A DNA stretch of 33,477 bases, from assembly GCA_012514925.1 (NCBI GenBank), contig JAAYZI010000302.1, positions 1 through 33,477 on the forward strand. Direction: 5' to 3'. This DNA comes from Deltaproteobacteria bacterium. Its GTDB lineage: Bacteria; Bdellovibrionota_C; UBA2361; JAAYZI01. The notes under the pieces were generated by a model that was given only the letters and a program-made list of their open reading frames with translations, was not told the origin of the DNA and ran no database searches. This document shows positions 1-8,172 of this stretch, piece after piece (the first letter of the stretch is position 1; each line of letters starts with the position of its first letter). A program made the position numbers and the translations under genes.

Positions 1-42
1 ATAAAACGTAAGGTCATCCAATCTGGTACGACCTAATATTGG

Positions 43-125
43 CCTTGTCGCATATGCATATCTCGCGCAAAAGGTTGGCAAATCAAACTAGTGTACTACG
101 TGCGAGATATGTATATGTGACAAGG
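43..125 (+). repeat. Long hairpin inside copy 1: about 26-bp stem and 31-nt loop.
   Basis: 43-68 CCTTGTCGCATATGCATATCTCGCGC pairs with 100-125. Three positions (50/118, 56/112, 67/101) are G:T on the plus strand. Confidence 0.85.
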
Positions 126-198
126 TTTAATAAAACCCCAGGTTAGCAAAGCCTTTCTGGTGATGGCTGGCGGTGGCTGGCAGTGACGCGGAGTCTTC

Positions 199-216
199 AC
201 TTTCTCCAGAGAAAGT
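199..216. repeat. Palindrome copy P1, ACTTTCTC-CA-GAGAAAGT.
   Basis: Perfect 8+2+8 palindrome read directly. The same core occurs at 10909, 29584, 31546 and 31814. Confidence 0.9.
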
Positions 217-261
217 AATATTCGTGCAAACGGTTACGTATATCCTTGTAAATTCAAGTGG

Positions 262-282
262 TTAAAAATGGTACTGATAAGA
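262..282 (+). repeat. 21-bp motif TTAAAAATGGTACTGATAAGA, with a perfect inverted partner at 33062..33082.
   Basis: Exact 21/21 reverse-complement match. It lies 4 nt 3' of the kinase stop codon (287-289, minus strand). Confidence 0.9.
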
Positions 283-286
283 TTAA

Positions 287-2266
287 TCAGTTCGCGCTAA
301 CGGTGCGGGCCTCTCGCTCCTCTCCGAAGCACCCCAAAAAGGCGCACAGATCTTCAATTTCCACCGGCTTACAGAAGACCCGCCGGGCACCTAAACGTTT
401 CAAATCTTCCCTTTCGGCTGGATCGTCTCGTCCAGAGAGCACCACAGCCACAGTCCGGCAGCCCTTAGCTCTTATAGCAGAGAGCAAGCGCCGCCCACCA
501 CCATCTGGCATGGACGCATCAGTGATCAGATAATCCACCTCCCCGCCACGCAGCACCTCTAACGCCGAACTAACATTATGCGCCTGCAACACCCGACAAC
601 CCACCGCGCTAAGAGCGCGCCCTAAAGTCGTGACACAATCAGGATCATCATCCACCACCAAGACACTTTGAGCGCGGCCCCTACCCCTAACTTTGCGCTC
701 CACTTCGACCTTGGCACGTTCCATTGGCGCCTGAGGCAAAGAAAGCACGAAATCCGAACCCTGGCCCGGCACCGAGAGAACCTGAATCTGGCCTGCATTC
801 AACTCCACCAAAATCTTAGTAAGAGCCAACCCTAATCCAATCCCTTCAATCTCAGGACCATGAAACCTGGTAAAAGGGGAGAAAAGCATGGATACCTGCT
901 CCGCCGTCATACCTACCCCGGAGTCCCTGACCCTCAAACACCACATACCCTTAGCGCCATGCTCAAGCTGCAACTCAACCGCGCCTTCAGATGTGTACTT
1001 AATGGCGTTGCTGATAATATTGCTGAGAACCCGTTTAATCTGACGCCGATCCGCAAAAACTTGGCAAGGCTGACTCGGAAGATCAACTCTCAGCTCAAGC
1101 CCCTTTAGACGCGCGCTTACGATAAAAGACTCCGCCACTGCCGCGGCGCAAGCCCGCAAATCCAGCGACTCTTTTTGCGCGCTCAGCTTTCCGGCACTAA
1201 ACTTAGAGTAATCTAAAATATCCTCCACAATCTCGGACATGTTCTCACAATTACTAATCGCCACGCTGATCAACTCTGGAGTATCTCCAGAAAAACCTTC
1301 CAACTTAAACAGATTAAGAATCGCCCGAATATTGTTAAGCGGAGAGCGAATATCATGCGACATATGCGCAATATAATCGTTCTTCTGGCGGTTGACATTC
1401 TCAACCTTAGCGATCTCGCCGGAGAGCTTGGATAGTTTTAATTGAGAAGGTAACTCGCGCTCCACCTTCCGAAGGACCTCCGCCGTAAGTTGATACTCAT
1501 CCACACGCGGAGGGTTGCCACTGCCATAACCCAGCCAAAGCAAGCCTTTTTGGCGCTCCCCCTCCTGCAACCAACTAAACTCGTGCAGCAGCGCATAGCG
1601 CAAGCCAAAAACGCCAAAATCGCCATCCTGAACCTGACACTCCAAATCGTGCACCCTAAGAAGCTCGCGTCGCCCTTGCTGCACGTAGGGCCAGAGATGC
1701 CTGCGCAGCTGCGCTTCAAAACGAGTGCCACTTGCGACAGCGCCACGGCTGTATATTTTGCTGATGCTCACGCCTCTCGGCCTGGACACATTCCCGTTAG
1801 AGCCTTCCTCCAATAGTAAAATCGCCCCGGCCTGACAGGAAAATTTCGCTAAAAAATATTCCAGAGTCATCTGAAAAACTAAAGCATCTTCCTCATCTTC
1901 CCCAGCTTCACATCCTTTTATAGTCCCGGCCTGCACAGCCTCATCAATTCCAGCCTCATCGCCAAGCTTTCTAAGAAAAGCCTCACTCTCCAAGCGGCCG
2001 GTTAAGCTGTGCAGGCGATACTGCAAAGCCTCCAGCTTAGACCCCAGCTTAACCCCCCAGGCCGTACGCAACGCCAAACTCGCTTGCCCAGGGGAAGCCC
2101 CAAGTAAGCGCTCTAAGCGCCGTGCTAAACTCCGTGCATCTCCCACCACCAAAAACACATAACAGAGCAGCGCTAGTGCGGCTGCACTCAGGCAGTACAG
2201 ATTACCAGTCGCACATGAAATTAAGAGCGCCACGCCGAACAAGAGCAACGACAAGACCGTGATCAT
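287..2266 (-). CDS. Hybrid sensor histidine kinase/response regulator (N-terminal TM, GAF-like region, HisKA, HATPase_c, C-terminal REC).
   Basis: H-box MSHDIRSPLNNI; N-box ISNAIKYT; G-boxes DSGVGM and GIGLGLAL; receiver VLVVDDDPD...ITDASMPDGGG. The ATGA start/stop overlap with the upstream gene at 2263-2266 implies coupling. Confidence 0.9.
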   Translation of the reverse strand: MITVLSLLLFGVALLISCATGNLYCLSAAALALLCYVFLVVGDARSLARRLERLLGASPGQASLALRTAWGVKLGSKLEALQYRLHSLTGRLESEAFLRKLGDEAGIDEAVQAGTIKGCEAGEDEEDALVFQMTLEYFLAKFSCQAGAILLLEEGSNGNVSRPRGVSISKIYSRGAVASGTRFEAQLRRHLWPYVQQGRRELLRVHDLECQVQDGDFGVFGLRYALLHEFSWLQEGERQKGLLWLGYGSGNPPRVDEYQLTAEVLRKVERELPSQLKLSKLSGEIAKVENVNRQKNDYIAHMSHDIRSPLNNIRAILNLFKLEGFSGDTPELISVAISNCENMSEIVEDILDYSKFSAGKLSAQKESLDLRACAAAVAESFIVSARLKGLELRVDLPSQPCQVFADRRQIKRVLSNIISNAIKYTSEGAVELQLEHGAKGMWCLRVRDSGVGMTAEQVSMLFSPFTRFHGPEIEGIGLGLALTKILVELNAGQIQVLSVPGQGSDFVLSLPQAPMERAKVEVERKVRGRGRAQSVLVVDDDPDCVTTLGRALSAVGCRVLQAHNVSSALEVLRGGEVDYLITDASMPDGGGRRLLSAIRAKGCRTVAVVLSGRDDPAEREDLKRLGARRVFCKPVEIEDLCAFLGCFGEEREARTVSAN

Positions 2267-3690
2267 GCCGTGACCCTCCCGCCAGAGCCTACCTGAGTTC
2301 GTTTTAGAAGCCTTTCAACCTGCGCGCACAACAAGCGAGGATCCTGATCCTTAGTAATAAAGGCATCCACCCCTATCTTTACCATCTCCAGCTCCGCCTC
2401 TAAGTCGCGGTCGGAGGTAAGCATTATCACTGAGATCTCGCTAAGACTCTCGACACGTTTTAGCTCCCTCACAAAATCAGCGCCGTTTAGCCCCGGCATA
2501 TGCAGATCGCACACAATCAGCTCAGGCCTAAACCCACCCCCTTTTAAAAGGGTCAAAGCGCTCTGCGCGTTACTTTCTAAGGTCGCTTGAACGCCGTTTC
2601 GCATTAAGAAGCGCTGTACCACCCCTAGAAAGACCTGATTGTCATCAATCAGCAGCACCCGGGCACCACTTCTTTTTTTATTAGCGTGCTTGGGCACTCC
2701 GCTGGACGGATGACGCCCCTTGAGCTTCGCTACGGCGGCGGCAGGTGCGGCTACTCGGGAAGCCACCCCCGGCAGCAACACTAACCCATTGCCGCGTGGA
2801 TCCTCAGAGTGCAAAAGTTCCTGATTCGAAGAGGCGTCTGCCGCTACTTCATTTTCTTCCCAGGCAACCCGGAAGCCAAGGCCACCCTCCAGCGCCTCAA
2901 TCTTGACGTACAACCGACCGTAGGCATGATTGGAAAGTTGCAGATCCAGACCGTCTTGCTCGTTCTGACCCAAAAGAGCGCAAAGCGGTTCGCTTAATAA
3001 CGCATGCACCTCGCCCCGCGCCTGTTCAGCCTGCGAAGTTTCAAATTCATAGAAAAGTCTCTCCTGCGACCTTTTAATCGTCAGTACAGCCGCCTGATAT
3101 GACCTAGCCTCTTCCACAATTAAAGCCAGCGCCTGAGTGGCCGCGCGCCGCAGCCGCTCTTGCTCAGCCGCCTTCTGCCGCTGCGCTTCAGAGCCCTGCA
3201 AGCGCTGTTCGCTCTGGTCGAGCGCCACGGCGATTTTGCTCCAGCACGCCAAGTACAGCGCTACGCCACCTAACTTATTTTGCAGCTTTATAACGAGCTC
3301 GGGTTCCGCGCAGATCAATCCTGACAAGATCCCATGCGCCATCAGCGGAATTGCTCCGCAACTCCAATACTCGGAAAACGGCACACCAGCGCCACAACCC
3401 TCGAAATCGACAGCCTCAACCCGGCTTAGATAAGGCAGGCCAAGTTTTTGGGCCACGCCCTGCATGAGGTCATCCTCCCTAACCCCCGCTGCATTAGCTA
3501 CATTCAGCGCCAGGGCACGACGATCCGGAAAGGCACGGATAACCTTCTCCAGATCACGGTAGCGCACCACCGAGGCTAGGGCCTCCAGGGTGGACTTTTG
3601 TCCCACCATCCTCACCCGCATCCTACCGAGGGCGCTGCGCACTCGCGCTATGAGTCCCAGCTTAGCCGGCTTCTGCTTACCCAACGCCAT
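2263..3690 (-). CDS. Receiver-domain protein with an N-terminal region resembling the T2SS-E (GspE/PilB/MshE) N-terminal domain.
   Basis: C-terminal REC: VLLIDDNQVF...IVCDLHMPGLNG...MLTS...DAFITKD. The N-terminal segment LGLPYLSRVEAVDFEG...AIPLMAHG...ICAEPE...LGGVALYLA follows the T2SSE_N pattern. GGAG RBS lies 7 nt upstream of the ATG. Confidence 0.75.
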   Translation of the reverse strand: MALGKQKPAKLGLIARVRSALGRMRVRMVGQKSTLEALASVVRYRDLEKVIRAFPDRRALALNVANAAGVREDDLMQGVAQKLGLPYLSRVEAVDFEGCGAGVPFSEYWSCGAIPLMAHGILSGLICAEPELVIKLQNKLGGVALYLACWSKIAVALDQSEQRLQGSEAQRQKAAEQERLRRAATQALALIVEEARSYQAAVLTIKRSQERLFYEFETSQAEQARGEVHALLSEPLCALLGQNEQDGLDLQLSNHAYGRLYVKIEALEGGLGFRVAWEENEVAADASSNQELLHSEDPRGNGLVLLPGVASRVAAPAAAVAKLKGRHPSSGVPKHANKKRSGARVLLIDDNQVFLGVVQRFLMRNGVQATLESNAQSALTLLKGGGFRPELIVCDLHMPGLNGADFVRELKRVESLSEISVIMLTSDRDLEAELEMVKIGVDAFITKDQDPRLLCAQVERLLKRTQVGSGGRVTA

Positions 3691-3767
3691 GCTTGATCTC
3701 CGTTTTAAAAATCTCTACGCCCTAATCCTCTTCGTAAATCCTTCCCCGCTACTGGCGCCTCCCTAAC

Positions 3768-4688
3768 TTAGGTCATATTTGTTTGCCCCAATATCTTTAT
3801 GACCTGAATAATAGGAGCCGTCAGCAAACACACAATCAGTCCAGTAAAAGTACAAAGTAGCGGCAGGGTGGCCTTTACCGGGAGTTTTGCAATCTGCTCC
3901 TCTACCGTCTCCTGGTAACAGAGTTGAGTCGAGTCGCTAAGCTCTCGCAGCGGCACGATCAACTCCCCTCCTTCCTTATAGGCCAGCGACAAATGCACGA
4001 ATGCGTGTTTTACGGCGTTGCTATCTACTGCTTCTGCCGTTTGTTTAAGACTACGCTCGAACGCCATCCCGCTCTCGCTCCGGCGCAGCACTAACTCCAA
4101 CAACTCCGTTACCGCATCCACCCGGCCTGAACCGCTGCCGTGCAAAGCCCGTTGTTTTGCGGCCTCACGTTCCAACTGAACCACCGCGCTAAAAGCTCCG
4201 ATAATATCCAAACCGGCTTCAACCCCCATCACCAGCCGCTCCATTACCACCGGCAAAAAGCGCTCCACCTCATCCAAATAGCGAGCGCGACGCGTCTTTT
4301 CTCTTCTCTGTCCAACTAAGTACCCCAAGGCTGCGCCCATCCCCGCAAAGATCAGAAGCCCTTTTGTTTCCTCCGGCGCAAAAACATATCGCAGCAGAGC
4401 GAGTAGCAGCGCTCCACCCAGCGGATAAAGCCGCCCTAACATGAGATAGCGCAGCTGCTCCTCACGTTCCAGCAACCCCAACTGCAACGCCTTCGACCTG
4501 GGCATCGGAAAGCGCAGACTCGCATCCGCGGATCTTGCTTCTTGATCCGACTCTTCCCCCCAATCCACATCAGCGCCCAAATCCAACAGCACATCCTTGC
4601 AAGTACGCACCCCCGCGCGCAGCATCAAGAGCACTCCAGCCATCCCCAGGGCCGCTAGAAAAAATATGTTAAATGTTTGCGCGCTCAT
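3768..4688 (-). CDS. tadC: Tad pilus inner-membrane platform protein, TadC-like (T2SS-F family).
   Basis: Polytopic membrane protein with a central cytoplasmic helical domain. It is the second of two paralogous genes directly after cpaF. GGAG RBS lies 6 nt before the ATG. Confidence 0.75.
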   Translation of the reverse strand: MSAQTFNIFFLAALGMAGVLLMLRAGVRTCKDVLLDLGADVDWGEESDQEARSADASLRFPMPRSKALQLGLLEREEQLRYLMLGRLYPLGGALLLALLRYVFAPEETKGLLIFAGMGAALGYLVGQRREKTRRARYLDEVERFLPVVMERLVMGVEAGLDIIGAFSAVVQLEREAAKQRALHGSGSGRVDAVTELLELVLRRSESGMAFERSLKQTAEAVDSNAVKHAFVHLSLAYKEGGELIVPLRELSDSTQLCYQETVEEQIAKLPVKATLPLLCTFTGLIVCLLTAPIIQVIKILGQTNMT

Positions 4689-4723
4689 CTAATCTCCGAC
4701 CAAATAAGCAATTAATTTGCGCG

Positions 4724-5596
4724 CTACATGCGCGCGCGTGTGATGTGCATCATCCACAACACTCCCAGCGCCATTAAAAATACCCCACCGGCAATAATTT
4801 TAATCCCAACCGGATGCGCTATCGCATCTAGAAGGGCCTGTGAATTTGTGGCCATCTGAAACAGTCCAATCACAAGCCCGCACCCCACAATCCCTAAAGA
4901 CGAAAGCTTTTGCATCGCCACCGCTGCCTTGATCTTGCGACGGAAAGACTGGCGTTGACGAGTCACTCGCCCTAAACGCTGCAGACAGTGCGCCAAAGAT
5001 GACCCTTCGCGCCTCGCCAAAAGGAACGAAACCCGGAAGAGCGAGAGGTCTGGATGATCAATCGTTTCGGCAAAAGCCTGAATAGCTTCTTGCTCCGACA
5101 ACCCGCAGGAGATTTTTTCATCGAGATGTTCAATCTCGCGGCGCACTAGAGAAGTATCGGGAAAGAGCGAGGCGCATTCGTTTAAGGCTACCAAAGGATC
5201 CAAACCGGTGCGAATCCCCGACGCCAGTGCTATTAAAAGCGCGGTGTAATCAGACTCAAACCCTTCGGCGCGACGAAAAGCCAGACGCCTAAGGCGCAGA
5301 TACTCAAGCGCAGCCGCACAGGGGCAGATCCAAATTCCAGCCGCACCCAGCCCGAAAATCGTAAGCACACCCAGTAACACCAGCTCTCCTACGGTCTTAG
5401 CAACGTACTTCCGCGCTTCCGACCCGGAGAATCCGGCACTCTTTAGTAGCGGCAAAAGACGGCCCAACTGAAACGCAGCTTCCTGCTCCTGCCGCCCGCG
5501 CACTTCTTCCGCGCTTTCCGGCCGAAACTCCACTCCACCGTAAAGCAGCCGGTAGCTCCGTTCAATCTCAGCTTGTCTCGTCGACAGTACCGCCAT
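4724..5596 (-). CDS. tadB: Tad pilus inner-membrane platform protein, TadB-like (T2SS-F family).
   Basis: T2SS-F-like layout (helical domain GIRTGLDPLVAL plus TM segments). The start chosen is MAVLSTRQ at 5596, 4 nt after the cpaF stop with AGGAG upstream. The ORF could extend to 5641. Confidence 0.7.
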   Translation of the reverse strand: MAVLSTRQAEIERSYRLLYGGVEFRPESAEEVRGRQEQEAAFQLGRLLPLLKSAGFSGSEARKYVAKTVGELVLLGVLTIFGLGAAGIWICPCAAALEYLRLRRLAFRRAEGFESDYTALLIALASGIRTGLDPLVALNECASLFPDTSLVRREIEHLDEKISCGLSEQEAIQAFAETIDHPDLSLFRVSFLLARREGSSLAHCLQRLGRVTRQRQSFRRKIKAAVAMQKLSSLGIVGCGLVIGLFQMATNSQALLDAIAHPVGIKIIAGGVFLMALGVLWMMHITRARM

Positions 5597-5600
5597 ATCC

Positions 5601-6995
5601 CTAAGCGCTCCTGCGGAAGGCAGCCTCTTTATAAAGCGCATCCATCTCTAGTTCGAGTATGGATGGGTAGCTGCTTAGCACCACCGGCTGTTCCAGCCCT
5701 TCAATCAGGTCGCGGTGGCTGCTGACGCGATGTCTGAGGAGCCAGGCCGGCCCGCCGTTTCGAGGCTCATAGCGGAAGATCTCCTTTTGCCTCAGGACTC
5801 CATCTGCCACGGGACCGATCTCTCGTACCTCCATAACCCGGCGGCGGCCCGTTACGCGGCAGACATCTAAGGAAATAATGGCCTGAACCGCTGTTGCAAC
5901 CTGCTGGCTTAAAACATTATTGGCGACCCCCTTTTGGGCGCGCCCAAGAAAAAGTTCCAGTCGCGTAATCGCCTCAGCCGCGCTCTTGCCATGAATGGTA
6001 GAGAGCCCCGGATGCCCGGAAGCACACACGTCAATGAAAGCTTCCGCCGCCTCTGCATCCCGCATCTCTCCAAAAATAATGCGGTTCATCGCCATGCGCA
6101 TGCCGCCTCGGATGCACTCGCTTGGCGAGATCCGTCCAGCCCCATCGGTGTTGGCTTCACGCGTGCGCAGATAGCGCACATGTGGGTGGTCTAACTTTAT
6201 TTCAGGCGTATCTTCAATCACTAAAATCGACTCTTCCATCGGAATCGCCGCCGCCAGGCCGCGCACCATGGTGGTTTTGCCAACACCGACCTCACCAACC
6301 ACTAAGATGGTCTGGCCGCTACGCACCATTGCTCTAAGGTAATCAAAGACGCCCTGAGGAGCCATTCCGGCATCGACCAGGTCTTGGATTCCAACCTCCG
6401 AAAAGCGGTTTAGACGAATCGTAAGATAGGGTCCACTTTCGCATAGAGACTTATGCACCACATGCACGCGCGCAAACGAACCGATCATGCCATCTGAAAT
6501 CGGTTTTTTAGTGGAGTAGGTACTACCGGCGCGTTTTAAAAGACGCTCTACATAGACTTCATAGGCCTCTTGGCTGGGGAATGAGAAATCCGTAGCCAGA
6601 TTGCGACGGCCATGCTGCACAGTAACTTTGCTGTAATCGGTCACGATAATATCCGTAATCTGCTTATCGTCCACCAACTCCTGCAGCGCGCCGAAAGGTT
6701 TTTGTGTGCTCTCGATATAGCCTAGAATCTGGTCGCGCTCGTAGGCCGTCAGATCCAGCCCGCACTTCTCGGCCACACGGCAGACCAGCGCCGTAAGCTC
6801 GCTCTGGCCGGGTAACTCCTCATGCTCAGCTCCCATGCTGGCGCCGATTTCCCGCTGCACCTCCTCCAGGACGTGCGCTACCGCCGGAGACATGCGACTC
6901 CCAGACAGAAGCTGCGCTTTGCCCTGCGACACTGGCGACAGACCGCTGTTCCCAACTCCATGATGCTCAATTAGGGCCAGATCAATTCTCCTCAT
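5601..6995 (-). CDS. cpaF: Tad/Flp pilus assembly ATPase, CpaF/TadA family.
   Basis: Walker A GEVGVGKTT; IIFGEMRDAEAAEAF...GHPGLSTIHG is typical of CpaF/VirB11-type secretion ATPases. Start at 6995 (MRRIDL) has AGGAG 4 nt upstream and overlaps the cpaB end by 14 nt. The ORF track extends to 7085. Confidence 0.9.
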   Translation of the reverse strand: MRRIDLALIEHHGVGNSGLSPVSQGKAQLLSGSRMSPAVAHVLEEVQREIGASMGAEHEELPGQSELTALVCRVAEKCGLDLTAYERDQILGYIESTQKPFGALQELVDDKQITDIIVTDYSKVTVQHGRRNLATDFSFPSQEAYEVYVERLLKRAGSTYSTKKPISDGMIGSFARVHVVHKSLCESGPYLTIRLNRFSEVGIQDLVDAGMAPQGVFDYLRAMVRSGQTILVVGEVGVGKTTMVRGLAAAIPMEESILVIEDTPEIKLDHPHVRYLRTREANTDGAGRISPSECIRGGMRMAMNRIIFGEMRDAEAAEAFIDVCASGHPGLSTIHGKSAAEAITRLELFLGRAQKGVANNVLSQQVATAVQAIISLDVCRVTGRRRVMEVREIGPVADGVLRQKEIFRYEPRNGGPAWLLRHRVSSHRDLIEGLEQPVVLSSYPSILELEMDALYKEAAFRRSA

Positions 6996-7881
6996 GACGC
7001 TCCTGACCCATCGCAAAAAATCCCTCCGGTAGAATTCGGCTCCGAATCCATTTACCGTCCGCCAAGGCAAACGCCTGCTGGCCATTCTCTCCTTTTATAG
7101 AGATATAGCCCTTGATTTTGGACTTATTGCGCTTAACGGCACTAGGGCCCTTTAAACGCTCAGCGGTATAGACGCGGTCCAGCCAACGTTCATCGTCATC
7201 AAAGCTTCTGAGCGCAAAGGCGATGCGCCCGCGGGGGACCGCTGTGTTGATGGCTAGGGCCTGTTCCTGCGTCACCAGCAAAGTGACCGTGCTCGGCACC
7301 GCCGGGGCGGCCTCGCCTTCATGCTGCGCCACGGTTCTTTCAGTCGAGAGCACCTTGACCTGCTCCGCCACTACCGTGCTACGAGTCTCCTCCACCAGCA
7401 GCACATCCACCACCGATCCGGAGCCGGCCCAGCCTTCCACCGCCGAAGTTGCATCCACCTGTATCGTAATGGCGCGCATACCGGTCGGGATCCGCTCTAT
7501 AACTGGATTGCTGCCACGTGCACTGTGGCTGAGATTCTCCCTAAAAAGAGGTAGATTGGCTGGAAGCGGTGCCACCACCACTGCCTCCATATAAGGCGAG
7601 AGATCCCGGATAGCCCCACGTGGCAGCTGATCCCTAGGAAAACCCAGGTGTTTAAACCTAATCTGACTGATGCGCGTCCCGGCAGGGACGAAATCAGTCG
7701 GTACCGGGACCTCAACAGTCTCCCAAAGTGCGGAGGTCGGCGGCTCAGGCGCAGCTGCGGGGGTTCCTCCCCGCAACATAAAGGCCCCTGCCAAAATAGA
7801 CAGAGAGAGCAGCCCCATCCCGATTAGTCCATGCGAACGTCTGCGCCCAAGCCCGGCCCTGGTATTTTTACGAAGCGCCAT
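6982..7881 (-). CDS. cpaB: Flp pilus assembly protein CpaB/RcpC (SAF-domain protein).
   Basis: N-terminal TM anchor GLIGMGLLSLSILAGAFML, a SAF-like segment VPAGTRISQIRF...PRGAI, and position between flp and cpaF. Confidence 0.8.
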   Translation of the reverse strand: MALRKNTRAGLGRRRSHGLIGMGLLSLSILAGAFMLRGGTPAAAPEPPTSALWETVEVPVPTDFVPAGTRISQIRFKHLGFPRDQLPRGAIRDLSPYMEAVVVAPLPANLPLFRENLSHSARGSNPVIERIPTGMRAITIQVDATSAVEGWAGSGSVVDVLLVEETRSTVVAEQVKVLSTERTVAQHEGEAAPAVPSTVTLLVTQEQALAINTAVPRGRIAFALRSFDDDERWLDRVYTAERLKGPSAVKRNKSKIKGYISIKGENGQQAFALADGKWIRSRILPEGFFAMGQERHEEN

Positions 7882-7916
7882 AAGAACTCCAAGTCACTTA
7901 CAAATTGAAAAAGAGC

Positions 7917-8141
7917 TCAATTTGCCACAATCGTTGTGCTGCGCGCGGTGGCCCACTGCCCAACCCGCTGCAGCAAGGTTGAAAGATTAGTGCCGAGACC
8001 GTTAAGCGCAACCCACAAGATCCCTGTGATAATGGCAGCACCAGCGCAGTACTCAAGTAAGGTGTAGCCACGTTCACGGTTAACGTACAACCAGATCATG
8101 CGTTCACGTGCCCGCTCTCTAAGGTTATTAATAAGTTTCAT
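7917..8141 (-). CDS. flp: Flp-family prepilin.
   Basis: Flp motif G/YTLLEY followed by the hydrophobic stretch CAGAAIITGILWVAL. About 74 aa. AAGGAG lies 6 nt before the second ATG (8141), so that start is preferred over 8147. Confidence 0.8.
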   Translation of the reverse strand: MKLINNLRERARERMIWLYVNRERGYTLLEYCAGAAIITGILWVALNGLGTNLSTLLQRVGQWATARSTTIVAN

Positions 8142-8172
8142 ATGCATCTCCTTTTTTTTTAGTTAAATGAAA

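Larger units (their letters stand above)
1..222 (-). repeat. Composite repeat element, copy 1 (truncated by the window edge). It is the inverted copy of 31540..31764.
   Basis: The reverse complement of 1-222 aligns colinearly with 31540-31764: tail, long hairpin, GGCTTTGCTAACCTGGG flank, GGCTGGC-rich spacer, palindrome. Only scattered substitutions are seen by eye. Position 1 pairs with 31764, so homology may extend beyond the window. Confidence 0.85.

Noticed and set aside
262-289. A dif/Xer recombination site for the 21-bp motif.
   Set aside because: The motif lacks the two inverted 11-bp arms around a 6-bp spacer. It matches the conserved XerD arm (TTATGTTAAAT) at only about 6 of 11 positions. 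Two copies in inverted orientation 33 kb apart is not dif-like.
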